This document shows, piece after piece, positions 49,595 to 57,657 of a DNA stretch of 64,000 nt (position 1 is the stretch's first letter; every line of letters starts with the position of its first letter). Under the pieces are notes generated by a model. The model was not told where the DNA came from. It worked only from the letters and a program-made list of their open reading frames with translations, and did not search any database. The translations under genes and the position numbers were made by a program. Origin of the DNA: a virus (taxonomy: Duplodnaviria; Caudoviricetes); IMG/VR virus record IMGVR_UViG_3300026101_000001, positions 1-64,000 of that record; one strand, written 5' to 3'.

Positions 49595-49651
49595 CCTGGG
49601 GGGAATGTTCTCCCCCTTCAATTAACTTTTACAATTTGGAAATTGACGATT

Positions 49652-51037
49652 ATGACTAATCAAACTGTTGCTACAAAACACGAAGATATCGAACGCGCTA
49701 CTTACTCCCCTGAAGATAACAAGCTTCGTATTTATCCTATCAATCGCCTAGATACAGACCTTTACAACGAGCTTAAGGAACTGGGCTTTGGTTGGGCGCC
49801 AAAACAAGAACTCTTCGTAAAACCTTCATGGTCCCCTGAAGCGGAAGACTTATGTATTCGCTTGGCCGGCACGATTGAACCTGAAGACACGACGATGGCC
49901 GAGCGTGCCGAAGCGAAGGCTGAGCGGTTAAAAGCGCTTGCTGAAAAGCGTGCTGACCAAGCGCGAGGTTTTAGTGCTGCGGCGAACAATATGCAATTTG
50001 GTGATCAACCTATCCTTTTAGGCCACCACAGCCAGCGTAAAATGCAGAAAGCGCAAGAAGCTCAAGAGCGTAACGAAGAACGCGCCAAAGAAGCCAGCTC
50101 AGCGGTCCGCTATTGGAACTGGCGCATGATGGGTACTATTGCTCATGCCAACCACAAAAATCGCCCTGACGTTATTTATAGACGTATTAAAACGTTACTC
50201 ACGGACTTGCGAAAGCAACAACGCTATTTGCACGCTGCAGGGGATTGCTTATCTCTTTGGGAACGCTGCAAAGGTATGGAGGATGCCGAGAAGCAAAAAG
50301 AGTTTGCTTTGATGATTGCGAATTACCGTTGGGATATCTGCATTTCAGATAGTTACCGCGACATTAAGGAAGATAAGAAACCTTTATCGGAAATTATCGA
50401 CGCCAATATTGAGCTAGGTACCAAGCGTAAGAACGACCAGAACTTACACCGCAAGATAAACCATATCTTGAACCGTCTTACTTACGAACGGGCTCAGTTG
50501 GGGGAAGTTGAATATTTTACCGGTAAGCTTACCGCCCCTGTATTGCAAACGTTCCTTAGAACGCATGGCGCGGATAAACCTAAAGCGACCAAATCTGACG
50601 TTGGTTGGATTGCGGAGTGTGACAACGACTTACCTATCCACATTGGTACAGGTTCGACACTGGAACTGGAAGAATTGGAATGGCGCGACCTGATGTATGA
50701 GGTGGGCTATGAAGTGCCGGTTCCTAAGCCGAAGGCTCCCCCGATTGTTAACCTGTCACCGGAAGAAGTAAAAAGCGTAACGGTGAAAATGTGGAGCAGC
50801 GCGAACAAGTACCCTATCGTCTCAATGACGAAAGCGGAGTATTCAGCAACCCATAGTGAGCAGCGGGGCGTTAAGCCGAGTACCTGTGGTCAGTTCAGAG
50901 TAAAAGTTTGTCGAATTGTTCCTGAGGGCCAGGATTTTTGGAAAGGCGAATGGGCTGTGGTTTACCTAACGGACTCAAAGACGCACGCCGCTCCGAATTC
51001 AACGGCTCTTGAGTATGTGGAAGTGGAGACAGCCTAA
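49652..51037 (+). CDS. DUF3560-like protein
   Basis: TYSPEDNKLRIY, AERAEAKAER, GDQPILLGHHSQ, AVRYWNWR. Confidence 0.75.
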   Translation: MTNQTVATKHEDIERATYSPEDNKLRIYPINRLDTDLYNELKELGFGWAPKQELFVKPSWSPEAEDLCIRLAGTIEPEDTTMAERAEAKAERLKALAEKRADQARGFSAAANNMQFGDQPILLGHHSQRKMQKAQEAQERNEERAKEASSAVRYWNWRMMGTIAHANHKNRPDVIYRRIKTLLTDLRKQQRYLHAAGDCLSLWERCKGMEDAEKQKEFALMIANYRWDICISDSYRDIKEDKKPLSEIIDANIELGTKRKNDQNLHRKINHILNRLTYERAQLGEVEYFTGKLTAPVLQTFLRTHGADKPKATKSDVGWIAECDNDLPIHIGTGSTLELEELEWRDLMYEVGYEVPVPKPKAPPIVNLSPEEVKSVTVKMWSSANKYPIVSMTKAEYSATHSEQRGVKPSTCGQFRVKVCRIVPEGQDFWKGEWAVVYLTDSKTHAAPNSTALEYVEVETA

Positions 51038-51654
51038 TGGATTCATCAGTGTATGTAAGACCCAATAAACCCAAGCATGTTAAGGCACCGGAAAAAGTAG
51101 AACTCGAGCCTATCGAGTTCTCCGAGGCCCCAAAGCCTGTCGTTGTTCATGCCTCAACGGAATGCCACGTTACGCCCTATGATGTGGCGGAGCGTATGGT
51201 CGAGCTGTTGGAGTTGGAACCCGAAGATCACGTTCTAGAACCTTCGGGTGGTACCGGTAATTTGGTTAAGGCGGTACAAAACACCGGCCACTCAGCGGAT
51301 CTTATTACTATTGTCGAGCGTGAATACTCGTTGGTTGAAGCTTTGTTACAGCGTTTTTGTAGTGCCGATTGCGAGGGGGCTATCCCCTTGGTGCATCACG
51401 AAGACTTCCTTAGCTGGGCCGAGGCTCGTTACAACGCGGGGTATCGTTATGAAAAGATCATAATGAACCCCCCGTTCAAACAGGTAAAAAAGCATATGGA
51501 GGCCGCACGCAAGTTACTCCGCTTCACAGGGGTACTTGTTGCTGTGGTACCAACGTCGTTCGACCACCCCAGTTACGAGGAAGTCGAGACGTTACCCAGC
51601 GACACGTTTAGCACCTGTAAGGTGTTCACGAAAATCGTGCGGTATGAGGGTTAG
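51037..51654 (+). CDS. SAM-dependent amino (N6A/N4C-type) methyltransferase
   Basis: VLEPSGGTG motif I and IIMNPPF motif IV. Confidence 0.85.
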   Translation: MDSSVYVRPNKPKHVKAPEKVELEPIEFSEAPKPVVVHASTECHVTPYDVAERMVELLELEPEDHVLEPSGGTGNLVKAVQNTGHSADLITIVEREYSLVEALLQRFCSADCEGAIPLVHHEDFLSWAEARYNAGYRYEKIIMNPPFKQVKKHMEAARKLLRFTGVLVAVVPTSFDHPSYEEVETLPSDTFSTCKVFTKIVRYEG

Positions 51655-51656
51655 CC

Positions 51657-51848
51657 ATGGCTATTTTAAAAGTTGAGTGGCGGTATGTGTATAAGGCCAA
51701 AGGTAAAGTAGACCCCAACCTAGACCGGAAGCTAACAGCTCAAGTATTACCAATGATATCTAAGGCCCTAGAAGATAATCAAACCGAAGGGTTTCTGGAT
51801 GCGGTATCTGAAGGAGACAAACTGAAAGGCCATTGGATGTTGGTCTAA
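51657..51848 (+). CDS. Hypothetical protein
   Basis: GAGG RBS; 63 aa. Confidence 0.5.
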   Translation: MAILKVEWRYVYKAKGKVDPNLDRKLTAQVLPMISKALEDNQTEGFLDAVSEGDKLKGHWMLV

Positions 51849-51898
51849 CTACAGGGGGGAATGTTCCCCCCTTTTAATTAACTTGTTGGAAATTGACG

Positions 51899-52930
51899 AT
51901 GCAAACGAAACTAGTATTACAAGATGATACGTACTTCCATGCGCCAAGTGTGGACTTAGATAGCTACGATCACATTATCGTATGCCACTCTATGGGGAAA
52001 GATAGCTGGGCCGCATTACTTCATATCCTGGCGGAGGGTGCAGACCGAAAGAAAATAGAAATTTGGCACCATGAAGTAGATGGCCGTGAAGGTTCTAACC
52101 TAATGGATTGGGCGTTTATTTCAGACTATGCAAAGAAAGCCTGTACCTCGATGGGACTACCACTCTACTTTAGTTGGCTACAAGGGGGGTTTGAAGGTGA
52201 AATGCTTAAAGAGAACACTATCAGTCAACCGATACTTACTCAAACGCCGGATGGCCTGTTGCTACTAGAGAGGGATACTAACCGCTCTAAGCCCGCTACC
52301 CGTTTAAGGTTCCCCCAGCAGTCCGCGAGTCTCCAAACAAGATGGTGTAGCTCAGCACTGAAAATTGACGTAGCCCGACGCGCTTTAAATAACCAAGACA
52401 GGTTTAAGGGTAAACGCACGTTAATGATAACTGGGGAACGTCGTGAAGAGTCGAGTAACCGAGCTAAATACAATCAGCTAGAGCCCCATGCTTGTGATAC
52501 TCGTTATGGTCGAACAGCTCGGCACGTTGATGCTTGGCGTCCCGTTCTTGAGTGGTCAGAACAAAAAGTCTGGGACACATTAAAGCAAGCGGGTGTAGTT
52601 GCACCTGTCCCCTATCGCTTAGGCTGGAACCGTTCAAGCTGCCAAGCGTGTATTTATAATCACGGGAGTATATGGGCCACCATGAAGAAATACTTTCGTG
52701 AGCGTTTTGAAAAGGTGTTGAATTACGAAAAGCAATTCAACACAACCATTAGCCGTAGCAAGAAAAATATTGATGAGTTAGCGGCGCTCAACAAACCGTT
52801 AGAAATATCGGACTCGGCAGCGCTGGCCCAAGCCCAGCAATCCGAATATGTTTTACCTATATTCTGCCACCCTGACGACTGGGAAATGCCTGTAGGTGCA
52901 TTCCGCTCTGAAGGTTGCGGTAGTGTTTAA
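51899..52930 (+). CDS. PAPS reductase family (PP-loop) protein
   Basis: SMGKDS PP-loop, RWCSSALKI, TGERREES.NRA, WRPVLEWSE, SCQAC. Confidence 0.82.
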   Translation: MQTKLVLQDDTYFHAPSVDLDSYDHIIVCHSMGKDSWAALLHILAEGADRKKIEIWHHEVDGREGSNLMDWAFISDYAKKACTSMGLPLYFSWLQGGFEGEMLKENTISQPILTQTPDGLLLLERDTNRSKPATRLRFPQQSASLQTRWCSSALKIDVARRALNNQDRFKGKRTLMITGERREESSNRAKYNQLEPHACDTRYGRTARHVDAWRPVLEWSEQKVWDTLKQAGVVAPVPYRLGWNRSSCQACIYNHGSIWATMKKYFRERFEKVLNYEKQFNTTISRSKKNIDELAALNKPLEISDSAALAQAQQSEYVLPIFCHPDDWEMPVGAFRSEGCGSV

Positions 52931-52949
52931 TTAACTGAGGAAATTGACG

Positions 52950-53396
52950 ATGAACCGTATAAGTAATTTTGATTTTGAGTTATCCCTATCTCACGCAGGT
53001 GAGGCTACTGACGACACGACTAAGATGAAAGGCGAGATTATTCGTGTTCTAAAAGAGACGATTGCTGAACTCGAGGGTGGCGTCGGGGATAGCGAAGAAT
53101 TTTGGAAAAAGTCCTTAAATGATATTAACGGACGTCCTTTTGGTAATGCGTATCTTAATGTTGAAGAAATGGACTGGATTTCAGACTGGGACGAATGGAT
53201 TGAACACTGCAAAGAGTATATCCGTGAGAACGGTTTCTACCTCGAACAGGAAAGCACCACTGTCTATGAGTGGGACACGTTAGCCGAACTAGACGAAACG
53301 GCGTTAGCTGAGTGGTTCAGTAATTACACGGACAGTGCAGTAACCCGAGAAGAAGTCTGCCCTGAAGCGCGTAACTGGGGATGGGACAGCGAATGA
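52950..53396 (+). CDS. Hypothetical acidic protein
   Basis: GAGGAAATTGACGATG start. Confidence 0.65.
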   Translation: MNRISNFDFELSLSHAGEATDDTTKMKGEIIRVLKETIAELEGGVGDSEEFWKKSLNDINGRPFGNAYLNVEEMDWISDWDEWIEHCKEYIRENGFYLEQESTTVYEWDTLAELDETALAEWFSNYTDSAVTREEVCPEARNWGWDSE

Positions 53397-53605
53397 GTGG
53401 TAAAGACCTAGGCACCCTGCTTCGCACAAAAGAAATTCTCGCGGGTTACTTTATTCCTCGACCTTATGAGCCGGCGGATAAAACACTTAACCGTGCTAAG
53501 AACGAAGCAATACAGAGACTACAACAACAAATTGTAGATATCCGTAATTTAACGAGTGAAGAGTTCTTCACTCGATCACCGAAGGAAATTGACGATGCAA
53601 ATTAG
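53393..53605 (+). CDS. Hypothetical protein
   Basis: ATGA overlap. Confidence 0.55.
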   Translation: MSGKDLGTLLRTKEILAGYFIPRPYEPADKTLNRAKNEAIQRLQQQIVDIRNLTSEEFFTRSPKEIDDAN

Positions 53606-53945
53606 TAACGAAGACAAACAATCAATCCTTGAAGAAATTAACGCGGCCTTTATAGGCCATTGTGTTCGAGCCTACATGAGTTTGCTTAACCCAAGCCTTA
53701 AAGAGTTTATTGAAGCTCACCTAGAAGAGATAGATCCTCAAGTGGTGTTTATTGATAACGATATTGATATGGGGGCCGCGTCTCGAGCTCGAAACTCTTT
53801 GAAGCCTACCTTGTTCGTGTTCACTGAAAATATGAGAGCCGACTCGTATATAACGAGCTGTGCGGACAAGATAGAAATACCTGAAGAGATTCGTTTACGC
53901 GTTTTTGAAGCTTGGCATGACGCCCAGCCCAGTTGCGAAATTTAA
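53595..53945 (+). CDS. Hypothetical protein
   Basis: AGGAAATTGACGATG start. Confidence 0.65.
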   Translation: MQISNEDKQSILEEINAAFIGHCVRAYMSLLNPSLKEFIEAHLEEIDPQVVFIDNDIDMGAASRARNSLKPTLFVFTENMRADSYITSCADKIEIPEEIRLRVFEAWHDAQPSCEI

Positions 53946-54002
53946 AACCCTGAAAGGGGGAATGTTCTCCCCCTCTTGAAATTAACTTGTTGGAGATTGA
54001 CG

Positions 54003-54842
54003 ATGCACCCTGAACTATCAAAACAACTAAAGGCAAACTGCCAGAAGTTAAGCCTAGACTTTAACACCCTTGATCTAATTGGTGAGTCTGAGACTCAAAT
54101 AAAAGATATAACAATTAAAATCGAGCGTGATGGGGATGCTGAAAGCCCTCGTGAGTGGGATAACGTGGGCACAATGGTGTGCTGGCATAGTAGATACAAT
54201 TTAGGTGACGAACAACCTTCAGTAAGCTACCAAGACTATCGTATCAGTATGGTAGAAGAAGTTGAGCCAGGATTTGAGGCGATGTTGGAAAGATTAGAAC
54301 ATAACTGGCCTTCAACAAATTGGGATGCCCAAGGAACTAAAGATTACCAAGAACTGGTTGAGGCGAAGATTGAAGCGCGACTTGATAAATACTACTTCAT
54401 CCTCCCACTTTACCTTCACGACCATTCTGGAATTACTATGAATACAGGGGGGTTTTCGTGTTCTTGGGACTCTGGCCAAGTTGGTTTTATCTACGTCACA
54501 AAAGAGAAAGCCCGTGAAGAGTATGGTTTTAAGCGTTTAACAAAAGAACGTATTCAAAAGGTCTTTGAATTCTTAGATAGTGAAGTTAAAACCTATGCCG
54601 CGTATTTAGAGGGGGATGTGTATGGTTATGTTATCGAAGGCCAAGACATTGATGATTCTTGCTGGGGTTACGTTGGCCCTGACGGTGAGGGATGGGCGTT
54701 ATTAGAAGCTTTATCGATAGTAGCTAACCATAAAAAAGAGCGTGCTGGCAGTCGAATTCAAAAAATTAAGACTTGGATCAAAAACCAAGTCCCGTTACTA
54801 AAACGTCGTGAACTGGCAACAGAACTACCAATACTGTTATAG
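54003..54842 (+). CDS. Hypothetical phage/MGE protein
   Basis: SPREWDNVGTM, LPLYLHDHSGITM, WDSGQVGFIY. Confidence 0.7.
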   Translation: MHPELSKQLKANCQKLSLDFNTLDLIGESETQIKDITIKIERDGDAESPREWDNVGTMVCWHSRYNLGDEQPSVSYQDYRISMVEEVEPGFEAMLERLEHNWPSTNWDAQGTKDYQELVEAKIEARLDKYYFILPLYLHDHSGITMNTGGFSCSWDSGQVGFIYVTKEKAREEYGFKRLTKERIQKVFEFLDSEVKTYAAYLEGDVYGYVIEGQDIDDSCWGYVGPDGEGWALLEALSIVANHKKERAGSRIQKIKTWIKNQVPLLKRRELATELPILL

Positions 54843-54935
54843 TGATATCGAAATGTTGCCGCAGTTAGGCAACATTTCGCCTCTTATATCACTCCTTATG
54901 GCTTGAAACGGTCTAAAACTCTTAGACTTTCGTTT
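54841..54935 (+). other. Two bulged inverted repeats upstream of the peptide ORF
   Basis: AGTGATAT+CGAAATGTTGCC pairs with GGCAACATTTCG+ATATCACT; AAACG+GTCTAA pairs with TTAGAC+CGTTT. Confidence 0.7.
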
Positions 54936-54994
54936 AGGCACATGCTTTGCAATTAACTCCATAGAAACAACCAAACCTCTTATGGAGAAACACA

Positions 54995-55147
54995 ATGAAA
55001 AAATTAGGATTCGCAATCGCGCTAGTACTTGGTATGGGTTCAACAATGGCTATGGCTGATGTTGGTAGTAATGTTGTTGTCCCAAAACCAGCGGACAACC
55101 CTAAAACCGAATCACTCAAGCCTAAAAAGCCTACGGTTGGTTTTTAA
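54995..55147 (+). CDS. 50-aa secreted peptide precursor (signal peptide plus 29-aa mature peptide), absent from the ORF track
   Basis: GGAG RBS 7 nt upstream; MKKLGFAIALVLGMGSTMAMA|DVGSNVVVPKPADNPKTESLKPKKPTVGF; A-x-A cleavage site. Confidence 0.78.
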   Translation: MKKLGFAIALVLGMGSTMAMADVGSNVVVPKPADNPKTESLKPKKPTVGF

Positions 55148-55158
55148 GTCTAGAAATT

Positions 55159-55183
55159 AAAAGAGCGGCTAAGCCGCTCTTTT
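55159..55183. terminator. Bidirectional terminator between the peptide and membrane-protein genes
   Basis: AAAAGAGCGGC-TAA-GCCGCTCTTTT. Confidence 0.8.
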
Positions 55184-55927
55184 AAATAGTACTTCCAATT
55201 TTCTAGGTATGGACCCTGCGAGGTCCTTGACGTAGAACTCTTGAATACTCGCGTGGAACAACAACATAAGCAACATAATAGTCTGGGTAATAAAGACGAT
55301 ATTAAACAGGAAATAGAAGCTAGGTAAGTGTAGCGCGTACTCAATATCAACGAGACGATAACCATAAAGTAGTGGGCCTGTCTCATGAATACCAAAATGT
55401 ATCGTGAATATGTGGTAGTAAACCGCAATAGCAAAACAGATAAACCAGCACAACTTATACACCATACATAACCATGTACCTAGGTTTGTGTCTTCAGTTT
55501 TATCCAGCAATTTGAATCCAGCTTCTCTAAATCTTTCAGACCTAATAAGTTGGTTCGCTACCCAAAACTGGAACTTAACCCGATACTGGTACATCACCAT
55601 GGTTAGAATACCTGGCACATAAATCATGGCAATAGCGGTATGGAGTGTAGGACTTAGCGTAAACATTAGGCTGGCAATCGCCTGTTCAGAGATTGAAGCA
55701 ATTATGATCAAAGCCAAAACGATACGATTATTGAAACCCTTAACCATTACGCCAGCTAAGATAACGCATGAAAACATCACCGCGTAGTAGCTGAGCATAT
55801 CGGACAGTGAGTTTAGTTGCCATTTCCCTTCCACAAGGAAGTTGTTTAAAACAGCCGTAAAGATAAGTAGGGCCGTAACGAAAAGCGCGAACCGTAAGCC
55901 GTAGGTTTTAAAGAAGTGACGGTACAT
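55169..55927 (-). CDS. Polytopic inner-membrane protein (~6 TM), unknown function
   Basis: Six hydrophobic segments; starts 4 nt after the XRE stop. Confidence 0.75.
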   Translation of the reverse strand: MYRHFFKTYGLRFALFVTALLIFTAVLNNFLVEGKWQLNSLSDMLSYYAVMFSCVILAGVMVKGFNNRIVLALIIIASISEQAIASLMFTLSPTLHTAIAMIYVPGILTMVMYQYRVKFQFWVANQLIRSERFREAGFKLLDKTEDTNLGTWLCMVYKLCWFICFAIAVYYHIFTIHFGIHETGPLLYGYRLVDIEYALHLPSFYFLFNIVFITQTIMLLMLLFHASIQEFYVKDLAGSIPRKLEVLFKRAA

Positions 55928-55931
55928 AAAA

Positions 55932-56252
55932 TTACTCCCAAAACGTCGCTAAGAATCTTTTAAAATCCGAGAATGGGATATCCGATAAGGTAATTTTACT
56001 CACTACCGCACCGAGTCCCTTCTTCATGTGAGCGCGTTTTGCAATTTGTTGGTATTTGTAGAATTCTTCTGTGGAAATTTTGCCGTATCGCTCGGCATTT
56101 GAAATAGTATTCTTGTGAACGTCCGCAGCAATAGCGAGTTCTTCTTGCGTCAATCGATAATTCTGGCGCATGTTTTTAAACTTTCGAGCTATTCGCCTAC
56201 GACGCTCTAGCTCCCAGGGTGGTTCTATATTATCGTCAATTTTCTTAGACAC
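55932..56252 (-). CDS. XRE-family HTH regulator (repressor candidate, no peptidase domain)
   Basis: FKNMRQNYRLTQEELAIAADVHKNTISNAER; GGAG RBS, GTG start. Confidence 0.85.
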   Translation of the reverse strand: MSKKIDDNIEPPWELERRRRIARKFKNMRQNYRLTQEELAIAADVHKNTISNAERYGKISTEEFYKYQQIAKRAHMKKGLGAVVSKITLSDIPFSDFKRFLATFWE

Positions 56253-56360
56253 GGCTGTACTCCATCAAGGCCATACTGTAAATCTTTTACTACAAAACAA
56301 AACGAACAAATTCTAACCAATTAAATAAATTAAAGAAAGCAGAATTTTTTAATAAATATT

Positions 56361-56389
56361 AAAAACACAAATAAATTGTGTTTTTGTAG
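56361..56389. promoter_or_regulatory. Palindromic operator-like site, copy 2 (inverted relative to 36962)
   Basis: AAAAACACAAATAAATTGTGTTTTTGTAG in the divergent XRE/ligase intergenic region. Confidence 0.6.
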
Positions 56390-56407
56390 CCGGACTTCGT
56401 TTTTAAC

Positions 56408-56436
56408 TTGATATACAAAAGTTGAAAGCGTAGTTT
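56408..56436 (+). promoter_or_regulatory. Sigma70-like promoter for the ligase/replication operon
   Basis: TTGATA, 17 bp, TAGTTT. Confidence 0.55.
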
Positions 56437-56481
56437 TAACTTTGCCTACGGGCTTAACTTTAAAATTTGGAAATTGACGAT

Positions 56482-57657
56482 ATGAATATTCCTGCTAATA
56501 CCTCTAGCACCACTTCTCTAGATGCCGACGTTCGCTTTGAACAAACCCTTTATAAAGTCCATTCGGGCGGAAAAGTAGGTTCGTGGCATATCAAGGTTAC
56601 GCTTAACCCAGACGATACGGCCACCACACTTGTAACCTCTCGCAAGGTCTTAGGTGGCAAAGGTGTCGAAACGCCTACGGATTACACTGAAGGTAAGAAT
56701 ATTGGTCGCAGTAATGAAACTACGCCTATTATGCAAGCCGTGTTTGAAGCGCAAAGCAAAGTCAAAAAACAACTGGATAAAGGCTATGTTGAAGAGCAAC
56801 CTGAAGAAGGTGCCGCGGTCACCAATGCCTTAGGCTTGGTTAAACCGATGTTGGCCCAACCGATTGATAAAGTAAAAGACTGGGAATTCCCTGTATTTGT
56901 TCAGCCTAAAATGGATGGCCACCGTTGCTTAGCAACCATACAAGATGAAAAGGTGTTCCTTTACTCTCGTGGCGGAAAGCCAATCACGGTTGTTCACGTT
57001 ATGGAACGTTTACAGTTTCTTTATGATAGAGGCATTTGGGATGGTACAACGTTGGATGGTGAGCTCTATGCACACGGTAAAGCCTTTGAAAATATTTCTA
57101 GTCTCATCAAGAAGCCACAAGAAGACAGTAAATACCTGTCGTACAATATTTATGACGTTGTTCTTGATCTTCCTTACGCTGATAGATTTGATTACTTGGA
57201 CTCTCGTATAACCGAAAGCTCTTACCCTACCCTATGCTTAACGGCCTGTTACAAAGTTATGGACCAAGCGGGTATCGACAAGTACCACGCTTCGTGGACC
57301 TCTAACGGCTATGAAGGCACAATGGTTCGCCAAGGTGACGCATCCTACGAAACGGATAAACGCAGCGCATCTTTGATGAAGCGTAAGGACGAAGAAGACG
57401 CCGAGTTTGAAATTATTGGGATCCGCAAAGGTAAGCCTAATAAGCGACTGGGTACTGAGGTAGGTATTTATGTCTGTCAAACGGCAGATGGCAAAACCTT
57501 TGATGTTACGGCGCCTGGGGATGCTAAGGAGAAACACGATCATGCTATGAACGGGCATAAGAATATTGGCAAGAAACTCACCGTGTTCTCATATGGATAC
57601 ACTAAAGAAGGTAAGCCCTGCCATATCACTAATTCCCGTATTCGTGAGGACCTGTAA
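56482..57657 (+). CDS. ATP-dependent DNA ligase with N-terminal extension
   Basis: QPKMDGHRC (KxDG), LDGELY, YEGTMVR, LMKRK, OB-fold C-terminus. Confidence 0.9.
   Translation: MNIPANTSSTTSLDADVRFEQTLYKVHSGGKVGSWHIKVTLNPDDTATTLVTSRKVLGGKGVETPTDYTEGKNIGRSNETTPIMQAVFEAQSKVKKQLDKGYVEEQPEEGAAVTNALGLVKPMLAQPIDKVKDWEFPVFVQPKMDGHRCLATIQDEKVFLYSRGGKPITVVHVMERLQFLYDRGIWDGTTLDGELYAHGKAFENISSLIKKPQEDSKYLSYNIYDVVLDLPYADRFDYLDSRITESSYPTLCLTACYKVMDQAGIDKYHASWTSNGYEGTMVRQGDASYETDKRSASLMKRKDEEDAEFEIIGIRKGKPNKRLGTEVGIYVCQTADGKTFDVTAPGDAKEKHDHAMNGHKNIGKKLTVFSYGYTKEGKPCHITNSRIREDL

Larger units (their letters stand above)
37541..53973. repeat. Dispersed G5-8-AA(CA/TG)TTC(T)-C5-7 hairpin family, 13 copies including two variants
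   Basis: Copies at 37541, 38319, 38548, 38852, 39348, 39393, 41551, 42924 (variant), 45601, 47358 (variant), 49598, 51854, 53956. Confidence 0.9.

Noticed and set aside
48443-52930. Complete Dnd phosphorothioation operon
   Set aside because: No DndA/IscS, DndD or DndE; the two related genes are not adjacent.
37541-53973. CRISPR array from the repeated hairpins
   Set aside because: Spacing is irregular (45 bp to several kb), whole genes lie between copies, and no cas genes are present.
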